From an uncultured bacterium (GTDB lineage Bacteria > Krumholzibacteriota > Krumholzibacteriia > Krumholzibacteriales > Krumholzibacteriaceae), in the NCBI GenBank assembly GCA_965371515.1, contig CBDUYR010000029.1, forward strand, positions 1-32,184: 32,184 nt of DNA. The letters are read 5' to 3'. Below the pieces are notes generated by a model. The model saw only the letters and a list, made by a program, of their open reading frames with translations, was not told the origin of the DNA and made no database searches. The position numbers and the translations under genes were made by a program. Below are positions 25,557-32,184 of this stretch, one piece after another (positions within the stretch are counted from its first letter, which is position 1; each line of letters begins with the position of its first letter).

Positions 25557-26825
25557 ATGAAGATTCTTGTGGTCGGCGGAGGAGGCAGGGAACACACAAT
25601 AGCCTGGAAACTCTCCAGATCCCCCCATGTTGACGCCATATACGCCGCTCCCGGAAATGCCGGCATCGCCGGCATGGGCGAGTGCGTACCGATCGGCGCG
25701 GATGACAATAAGGCGCTGCTCGAATTCGCACGGGAGAAGAAAGTCGATCTCACGGTGGTCGGCCCCGAGGCTCCCCTTGTCTCGGGGATCGTCGACCTCT
25801 TCCGCGAGGAGGGTCTCCGGATCTTCGGGTTCGACAGTAAGGGAGCGCTCCTCGAGGGGAGCAAGGTCTGGGCGAAGCAGTTCATGGAAAAATACGATAT
25901 TCCGACGGGCGATTTCGCAGTTTTCGACAATCACTGCGCGGCGCAGACCGCCATCGACGCTGGTAAACCCCCGTTTGTGATAAAGGCGGACGGGCTCGCA
26001 GCGGGCAAGGGAGTGCTGATCTGCAGGACGATAGAGGAAGCCCGGGACGCGGTCGAGATGGTGATGAAGCAGAAGAAGTTCGGAACGGCCGGAGACAGGA
26101 TAGTCTTCGAGGAGTTCCTCGAGGGGCCGGAGCTCTCGGTCCTCGCAGTCTTCGACGGAAAGGACTACCGGTTGTTCGTCCCGTCTCAGGACCACAAGAG
26201 GGCTTTCGACGGCGACAAGGGCCCGAACACGGGCGGCATGGGCGCCTACGCGCCGGTGCCCGTCCTCGATCACGCACTCGAGGAGAAGATAAGGATAGAG
26301 ATCATCGAACGCACGCTGAGCGGCATCAAGTCCGAGAAAGTCGAGGGTGCCGGCGTCGTATATTTCGGTCTCATGCTCACGTCCGCCGGGCCGAAAGTGC
26401 TCGAGTACAACTGCCGTTTCGGAGATCCAGAGACACAGGTGATCCTCCCGCTTCTGAAGACCGACCTGTTCGAGGTCCTTTACGAGGCGACGGAGAATAA
26501 TCTCGAGAGCGTTGATTTCGAGAATAACGACGAGGCCTGTACATGCGTCGTGATCGCTTCGGGCGGATACCCCGGAAAGTACGAGAAGGGTTTTGAGATA
26601 TCGGGGATCGCCGAGGCAGAGGAGGCGGGGTGTGCCGTCTTCCACGCCGGTACAGCTATCGAGAAGGGCAGGACCGTAAATTCGGGCGGCCGCGTCCTCG
26701 GTGTCACCGCGATTGCGCCGACCTTGAGAGAGGCCACCGACAAGGCATATGCCGGGGTCGACAGAATATCGTTCGAGAACTGTTTCTCCAGGCGCGACAT
26801 CGCGTGGAGGGCCCTGGGAAAATAG
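25557..26825 (+). CDS. purD: Phosphoribosylamine--glycine ligase
   Basis: Motifs GGGGREH, APGNAG, VGPEAPL, LEGSK, KADGLAAGKGV, QDHKR, GPNTGGMGAY, RFGDPE and GGRVL. Confidence 0.98.
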   Translation: MKILVVGGGGREHTIAWKLSRSPHVDAIYAAPGNAGIAGMGECVPIGADDNKALLEFAREKKVDLTVVGPEAPLVSGIVDLFREEGLRIFGFDSKGALLEGSKVWAKQFMEKYDIPTGDFAVFDNHCAAQTAIDAGKPPFVIKADGLAAGKGVLICRTIEEARDAVEMVMKQKKFGTAGDRIVFEEFLEGPELSVLAVFDGKDYRLFVPSQDHKRAFDGDKGPNTGGMGAYAPVPVLDHALEEKIRIEIIERTLSGIKSEKVEGAGVVYFGLMLTSAGPKVLEYNCRFGDPETQVILPLLKTDLFEVLYEATENNLESVDFENNDEACTCVVIASGGYPGKYEKGFEISGIAEAEEAGCAVFHAGTAIEKGRTVNSGGRVLGVTAIAPTLREATDKAYAGVDRISFENCFSRRDIAWRALGK

Positions 26826-26850
26826 ACGGGGAAATCGAAAGGAGATAATA

Positions 26851-27318
26851 GTGGGCGGAGAACTTCAGGTCGCCGTTATCATGGGGAGCGAATCGGACAG
26901 GGAAACAATGGAGGTCTGTCTCGCACAGCTCGAGAAGCTCGGTGTGAGAAGCGAGCTCAGGGTATCCTCCGCTCACAGGATGCCTGAGGCGACGAAGGCA
27001 TACATAGAAGAGGCAATAGAGCGAGGGGCTAAGGTGTTCATAGCCGGCGCGGGCATGTCGGCGGCGCTGCCCGGTTTCGTGGCGTCGGTCACGACCAGAC
27101 CCGTTATCGGAGTACCCATCCCATCCGGCCTGCCCGACGGGATGGACGCACTTCTCTCGATGGTCCAGATGCCCCCCGGTATCCCCGTCGCGACCGTCGC
27201 GGTAGGTAAGGCCGGCGCGAAGAATGCCGCGGTGCTAGCCGCAGAGATACTCTCGCTCATCGACGACAGGTTTTCGAAAGAGCTGGACAAGATGCGAGAC
27301 CAATGGAAGAAGCAGTAA
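26851..27318 (+). CDS. purE: N5-carboxyaminoimidazole ribonucleotide mutase
   Basis: Motifs MGSESD, SAHR, IAGAG, PVIGVP and QMPPGIPVATV. GTG start at 26851 after AAGGAG. Confidence 0.97.
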   Translation: MGGELQVAVIMGSESDRETMEVCLAQLEKLGVRSELRVSSAHRMPEATKAYIEEAIERGAKVFIAGAGMSAALPGFVASVTTRPVIGVPIPSGLPDGMDALLSMVQMPPGIPVATVAVGKAGAKNAAVLAAEILSLIDDRFSKELDKMRDQWKKQ

Positions 27319-27923
27319 AAGGGTACCTCGAGGGCTGGAACATCGATGCGGTCGCAGCAAAGCTCAGGTCGGGCGGCGTTGCGGTGCTTCCCACCGATAC
27401 GATCTACGGATTACACTGCGTATATTCGAACCGGTCCTCCCTCGACAAGATAAGGCGGCTCAAGGGACGATCGGAGTCTACCGGCTTCATCCTGCTCGTA
27501 TCTTCGCTCGAAATGGCCGACAGGATTGTAAGGAAATGGCCCGCTGGCTCGAGGGATATCCTCGGATCTCTGTGGCCTGCCCCCGTCACGGCGATCCTTC
27601 CCGCGTCGAAGAAGATCCCGGCGGCGCTGAGGCCGAAAGGAGGGGTGGCAGTGAGGATTCCCGCGATGCCTTCCCTGCTTGCGTTGATAAAAAAGACGGG
27701 AGAACCGCTTGTCTCCACGAGCGCCAACAGATCGGGACAGATCCCGGTAAACAGGATAGGCGAGATCATGAGGACGTTCCCCGGGCTCGACGCCTATGTC
27801 TCGAGGAGAGGGCCCGGCAGCCATATCCCGTCGACCGTTATAGATATCACGGGTAAAGAACAGCGTATAGTCAGGCCGGGGAGATTCGCACGGCGGGCGG
27901 CCGCGGCCTTCGGAATAAAATGA
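27303..27923 (+). CDS. tsaC: L-threonylcarbamoyladenylate synthase (YrdC/Sua5 family)
   Basis: Motifs PTDTIYGL, KGR, VAVRIP, STSANRSG and PSTVID. Confidence 0.9.
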   Translation: MEEAVKGYLEGWNIDAVAAKLRSGGVAVLPTDTIYGLHCVYSNRSSLDKIRRLKGRSESTGFILLVSSLEMADRIVRKWPAGSRDILGSLWPAPVTAILPASKKIPAALRPKGGVAVRIPAMPSLLALIKKTGEPLVSTSANRSGQIPVNRIGEIMRTFPGLDAYVSRRGPGSHIPSTVIDITGKEQRIVRPGRFARRAAAAFGIK

Positions 27924-27939
27924 CAGTGAGGTCGATCTG

Positions 27940-28389
27940 ATGAAGACAACGATTGCCGCGATGGTGATTCTCGCAGCACTGATGATCGGTTGCGAGACCG
28001 ATCATGGGTCAGGGAACTCGTACGAAGCAGCAGTGAGTAAGGAGATCGGATCCGCCATGAGGCAGCAGGTCGACAGCTGGAACTCGGGCGAGCTGGCCGG
28101 GTTCATGAAGTATTACTGGCGATCCGGGAAGATGACCTTCCACGGCGGTAAGCGCAGGTTGCAGGGCTGGGAGACGCTGAACTCGATGTATATCGAGACA
28201 TACTCGGGAGAACAGAGGGGGATCCTCGAGTTCTCCGGCATTGAGATAAACGTGCTCTCGCCCGAATCGGCCTACGTTCTGGGCGACTGGAAGGTCGAGC
28301 TGCCCGACACGGTCAAGCAGGGCAAGTTCACGCTGATATGGAAAAAAGTGAACGAAGGGTGGAGAATAGTTCATGACCACTCGTCCTGA
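27940..28389 (+). CDS. NTF2-like (DUF4440/SnoaL-type) lipoprotein
   Basis: Lipobox MIGC, then WNSGELAGFM, GKFTLIW and WRIVHDHSS. Confidence 0.85.
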   Translation: MKTTIAAMVILAALMIGCETDHGSGNSYEAAVSKEIGSAMRQQVDSWNSGELAGFMKYYWRSGKMTFHGGKRRLQGWETLNSMYIETYSGEQRGILEFSGIEINVLSPESAYVLGDWKVELPDTVKQGKFTLIWKKVNEGWRIVHDHSS

Positions 28390-28415
28390 ATCCATTTTCA
28401 AAGAGGGATGACATC

Positions 28416-29516
28416 ATGAGAGGGACGATGAAAAGAGCACGGTTCCAGGCTTCCATACTTATCGCGATAGTGTTCCTGATTGCTTTACTGCCGGCGTGCG
28501 GCAGAGACAGGCCGAAGAACATCATTCTCCTGATAGGTGATGGGATGGGAGTAGCTCATCTCACGTTCGGCTACCTGGCAAAGGATGGATTGAACGCCGA
28601 GAGAATGCCTGTCGGCGGACTCATGATGACATTCCCGTTTGGCGGGATGGTCACCGATTCTGCGGCCTCGGCTACAGCCATGGCGACGGGGCACAAGACG
28701 AGAAACGGCGTGATCTCGATATCACCAGAGGGAGATACGCTCCGCACCGTGCTGGAGAATGCGGAGGCGAGGGGGATGTCCACAGGGCTTGTGGCGACGA
28801 GTTCTATCACGCACGCAACCCCCGCTGTTTTCGCCGCGCACGTACCGGATCGGAAAATGGAAGCCGAGATCGCCCGCCAGATGACCCGGAGCGGAGTGGA
28901 TGTACTGGTCGGCGGCGGCTGGTCATTCTTCGTCCCGCATGATGTCGAGGGCAGCAGGCGGACGGACGATCTCGATCTGATCGAAGTGCTGAAGAAGAGG
29001 ATGGCCGTAGTGAGATCGGTGGAAGAGTTCATGAATCTCGAAGGAGCGATGGCCGCGGCGGCGTTCCTGGCGCCCCGCGAGTGCCCTCCCGCGAAGGAGA
29101 GGGATTACTCTCTGGCGGATCTTACCACGAAGGCGATCGAGATACTTGCCGGCAGCAGCGAAGGATTTTTCCTCATGATAGAGGGATCGCAGATCGACTG
29201 GGCGGGCCATGATAATGACGAAGACGGTATATTCCACGAGATGAAGGATTTTGACGGCGCTGTAGGCGCCGCGCTCGATTTTGCCGAGAAGGACGGTGCG
29301 ACACTGGTCATCATGACTTCCGATCACGAGACGGGAGGATTCGCACTCCACGAGAGTCCCATGGACTCGAGCAGGGTGGAGACGGCCTTCACGTCCGACG
29401 ATCACACGGTGGAGATGGTGCCGATCTTCGCCTATGGCCCTGGTGCAGGGGCGTTCGGAGGAATACACGACAACGCATTCGTCGGCGCCACACTGATCGA
29501 ATACCTGAAGAAGTGA
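28416..29516 (+). CDS. phoA: Alkaline phosphatase (probable lipoprotein)
   Basis: LPAC lipobox, IGDGMG, VTDSAASATA (catalytic Ser), THATPA, IEGSQIDWAGH, SDHETGG and DHT. Confidence 0.93.
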   Translation: MRGTMKRARFQASILIAIVFLIALLPACGRDRPKNIILLIGDGMGVAHLTFGYLAKDGLNAERMPVGGLMMTFPFGGMVTDSAASATAMATGHKTRNGVISISPEGDTLRTVLENAEARGMSTGLVATSSITHATPAVFAAHVPDRKMEAEIARQMTRSGVDVLVGGGWSFFVPHDVEGSRRTDDLDLIEVLKKRMAVVRSVEEFMNLEGAMAAAAFLAPRECPPAKERDYSLADLTTKAIEILAGSSEGFFLMIEGSQIDWAGHDNDEDGIFHEMKDFDGAVGAALDFAEKDGATLVIMTSDHETGGFALHESPMDSSRVETAFTSDDHTVEMVPIFAYGPGAGAFGGIHDNAFVGATLIEYLKK

Positions 29517-29583
29517 AGGGGAGGATGTAAGGATAGTTGTTAAAGGCAGTTATCATCAACAGCAGGTTTTTTTTGGCCAATGA

Positions 29584-29643
29584 TGTATGAAATACTTGAC
29601 ATTATGAATGAATATATATACAATATGTATGAAAACAGTGACT
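29584..29643 (+). promoter_or_regulatory. Sigma70 promoter overlapped by three 18-bp operator-like repeats
   Basis: TTGACA (29596)-N17-TACAAT (29619). Repeats TGTATGAAATACTTGACA, TGAATGAATATATATACA and TGTATGAAAACAGTGACT start at 29584, 29605 and 29626. Confidence 0.8.
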
Positions 29644-29663
29644 TTCTTAAGGAGGAACAGACA

Positions 29664-30110
29664 ATGACACAATCGACCCAGAGAGCAAAGTGGAAGATAA
29701 TCATCTGGAGCGTTGTCCTCGTCGCGCTCCTGGTCCTTTTCTTCGGTGGAACGGGGCCGGAGGGTTTCGCGCATGACAAGAGAAGGATAGTGACCGTCGC
29801 AATACTGTTCGCGGCAGGGTTCGGAGCCTTCTACATCATGCTGGGCGTGACAAGAAGGAAGAAGGAAGGCGGCCTCAACAGGGACGAGCGTGACGAGATG
29901 TTCGAGAGCAAGGCCGCAGGGGTCACACTTGGGATCGTACTGACATACGTATATCTGCTCTGTCTCGCGCTGTGGGCATACTTTCAGGACGCCGGTAGCG
30001 TACCCGCCGGGTGGATGTGGTTCCTCGCCTATTCAACGATCTTCCTGGGAATGATAGTGCACGGGATCTTTACCCTCCTTCTCGCGGCGGGGAAGGTGGG
30101 AAATGGCTAA
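29664..30110 (+). CDS. 4-TM membrane protein, DUF2178-like
   Basis: DERD motif between TM pairs. ATG 29664 follows AAGGAGG. Overlaps the XRE gene. Confidence 0.8.
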   Translation: MTQSTQRAKWKIIIWSVVLVALLVLFFGGTGPEGFAHDKRRIVTVAILFAAGFGAFYIMLGVTRRKKEGGLNRDERDEMFESKAAGVTLGIVLTYVYLLCLALWAYFQDAGSVPAGWMWFLAYSTIFLGMIVHGIFTLLLAAGKVGNG

Positions 30111-30336
30111 GGCTGAGATAAGGAACAGCGTGAGGCGTCAGCGGTTCGAGCACGGCGAGATGACACAGCAGGAACTTGCCGACCAGGCCGGCTGTACGAG
30201 GCAGACAATCGTCGCCCTCGAGCAGGGAAAGTATGCCCCGTCGCTCGCTCTTGCCTTCAGGATCGCCAGGGTGTTCGGGACCACGATCGAGAAAGTCTTC
30301 GAATTCGGTGGAGATGATAAAATAAAGGCTGAATGA
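30103..30336 (+). CDS. XRE-family HTH transcriptional regulator
   Basis: [41 protein letters not shown]. Confidence 0.95.
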   Translation: MAKAEIRNSVRRQRFEHGEMTQQELADQAGCTRQTIVALEQGKYAPSLALAFRIARVFGTTIEKVFEFGGDDKIKAE

Positions 30337-30394
30337 AGCGGCCGCATATAGTGTAATCGATATAACAGCGGTTCAACAGAGAGGGAGGATATCC

Positions 30395-31843
30395 TTGGTG
30401 AAACAAATCACATTGAAAATGGTCAGTCTGGCGGCGGCCGTGACGGCCGTATTGATAACTCTTGCATCAGGACCGTCGGCGGCCAGTGAGATAGTCGGCG
30501 ACTGGTCTGGAACGGTCAATTTCAGCGGGGTCGAGCTCCGAATCGTCTTTCATATAACAGCAGGCGAAGACGAGTCTCTCTCGGCGACGATGGACAGCCC
30601 CGATCAGGGCGCGGCAGGGATTCCCGTAAGCAATGTGACTTTCGACGGCGACAGCCTCGTTATCGAGATCGCAGTAGCCCAGGGTGGCTATTACGGGAAG
30701 TACGACCGGGACAGTCTATTCGTCGACGGAGAGTGGAGGCAGGCCGGATTCAAACTTCCCCTGAGGCTTGTCAGGGGAGGCGAGATCAAACCTCCTGCGA
30801 GACCCCAGGAACCGGAGCGTCCGCTGCCCTATCATGAAGAAGACGTCGAGTTCGATAACGGAGAGGCCGGGATCACGCTGGCAGGGACACTGACGATACC
30901 GAAAGGGGAGGGGCCGTTCCCCGCGGCGGTGCTGATTTCAGGATCGGGGCCGCAGGACAGGGACGAGATGGTGCTCGGCCACAAGCCCTTCCTTGTCCTT
31001 TCGGACCACCTCACGAGAAACGGGATCGCCGTATTGAGGTACGACGACAGGGGAATCGGTGAATCGGGAGGTGTCCACGGCACCGCGACGACGGCCGATT
31101 TTGCCACCGACGCACGCGCGGCATTCGAATACCTGAAGATGAGAAAAGAGATCGATGCCTCGTTGGCGGGCCTCATCGGTCACAGCGAAGGTGGAATAAT
31201 TGCGGCGATGAGCGCGGCCAGCTCGGATGATATTGCGTTTATCGTGATGCTCGCCGGGCCGGGGCTCAAGGGCTCCGAGATTTTGCTCGCGCAGAATATG
31301 GCGCTCCTCGAACTGCAGGGCGCTCCCGCCGATGTACTGAGTAAGAGAAAAGAGCAGCTCGAACAGGAATACAGGATCCTCGCCGGAAAAGGGAGCGACG
31401 AAGAAACGAGGGAGTCGATAATAAGTGTATCGACCCCTTTCCTCGAGAGATATTCGCCTGAGGAGAGGGAGCAGTATGGATTCAGCGAGGACGGCGTAAA
31501 GAAGAGGGCTGAGATACTGACGAGCCCCTGGTTCAGGTTCTTCATGGAGTACGATCCCACGACGGCGCTGCGAAAAGTAAAGTGCCCCGTACTTGCCATG
31601 AACGGAAGCCGAGATATCCAGGTCGACCCGGGAAGGAACCTGCCCGCTATCGAAAGCGCTCTGAATGAGGCGGGGAACGAAGATTTCAGGATCGTCGAGA
31701 TGCCCGGTCTCAATCACCTCTTCCAGACGGCAGAGACCGGGAGTCCTTCTGAATACGCGTTGATAGAGGAAACAATGTCGCCGGCCGCGCTCGAGATGGT
31801 CAGCGGCTGGATACTGTCGCAGAAGACAGGAGGGAAGAGATGA
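30395..31843 (+). CDS. Exported alpha/beta-fold serine hydrolase with N-terminal beta domain
   Basis: Signal peptide, DSPDQG, SGSGPQDRD, LRYDDRG, nucleophile GHSEGG, DIQV and LNHLFQ. Confidence 0.92.
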   Translation: MVKQITLKMVSLAAAVTAVLITLASGPSAASEIVGDWSGTVNFSGVELRIVFHITAGEDESLSATMDSPDQGAAGIPVSNVTFDGDSLVIEIAVAQGGYYGKYDRDSLFVDGEWRQAGFKLPLRLVRGGEIKPPARPQEPERPLPYHEEDVEFDNGEAGITLAGTLTIPKGEGPFPAAVLISGSGPQDRDEMVLGHKPFLVLSDHLTRNGIAVLRYDDRGIGESGGVHGTATTADFATDARAAFEYLKMRKEIDASLAGLIGHSEGGIIAAMSAASSDDIAFIVMLAGPGLKGSEILLAQNMALLELQGAPADVLSKRKEQLEQEYRILAGKGSDEETRESIISVSTPFLERYSPEEREQYGFSEDGVKKRAEILTSPWFRFFMEYDPTTALRKVKCPVLAMNGSRDIQVDPGRNLPAIESALNEAGNEDFRIVEMPGLNHLFQTAETGSPSEYALIEETMSPAALEMVSGWILSQKTGGKR

Positions 31844-32184
31844 ACGGAATGACCGAACGGAACGGCATCCCCGTCCCCGAGGCGACCGTCGGGGGGAGCT
31901 ACGGACACGGGCTCGCCACGCTGAAGAAGTACTTTCTCGAAGTGCTTCTTATCACCCTGGTAGTCATGGTCCTTTCCGCCCCATTTGGATGGGCAAAGTC
32001 GGTCCAGGACAAGGCGACAGACTGGAATTCCGGGGTCAGTGTCATCATCCAGATGTTCGCCCTGGGATACGGGCTGCTGATACTCGGTCCGGTGAGGTAT
32101 GGAGCGAACTACGCGATGTTGAAGGCGGTGCGCGGGGAGAAACCGGAATTCCTCGATATCTTTGTCTTTCAGAAGAACTATCTG
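31840..32184 (+). CDS. Integral membrane protein, DUF975-like (3'-truncated by window)
   Basis: ATGA overlap with the hydrolase stop. The frame stays open to the window end: MNGMTERN..LKKYFLEVLLITLVVMVL..GPVRYG..LKAVRGEKP. Not in the ORF track. Confidence 0.7.
   Translation, partial: MNGMTERNGIPVPEATVGGSYGHGLATLKKYFLEVLLITLVVMVLSAPFGWAKSVQDKATDWNSGVSVIIQMFALGYGLLILGPVRYGANYAMLKAVRGEKPEFLDIFVFQKNYL

Noticed and set aside
26749..26850. N-terminal extension of PurE
   Set aside because: It overlaps purD. GTG 26851 with an AAGGAG RBS gives a normal-length PurE.
29540..29576. Terminator after the alkaline phosphatase
   Set aside because: An eight-T tract is present but the upstream stem is weak and mismatched.
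29580..29663. N-terminal extension of the membrane protein, or a CRISPR-like repeat array
   Set aside because: The region is the promoter/operator and the RBS points to ATG 29664. The repeats are degenerate with 3-bp gaps and no spacers.

Overview
GC-rich bacterial chromosomal window with about 26 CDS, nearly all on the + strand. No rRNA, tRNA, CRISPR array or intact mobile element was seen. PorV-like barrels and FlgD-Ig-type C-terminal domains suggest an FCB-superphylum diderm outside the well-studied Bacteroidota (inference only). The standout is 1-9160, a tightly coupled cluster of: the tail of a T9SS-type cargo gene, a PorV/PorQ-type barrel with a long TPR tail, a 1437-aa inner-membrane 'all-in-one' partner-switching protein, an orphan ParA, a TPR protein and two free STAS proteins, closed by an intrinsic terminator. 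The 1437-aa protein joins an RsbW-type kinase, a 2TM sensor, HAMP, a PP2C phosphatase, an IS481-transposase-like double HTH and three STAS domains. All five STAS domains share a Y[IV]SSxGWG loop, and no sigma factor is in view. The rest of the window holds a VWA membrane protein, an AT-rich inverted GT87-like gene, a lamin-tail/barrel trio, an aminotransferase-arcC-larA run, two Tat-exported Fe-S aldo/keto reductases flanking a DDAH, purD-purE-tsaC, an alkaline phosphatase and an XRE module with a triple 21-bp-phased operator. All calls come from motif recognition by eye; no database searches were run.
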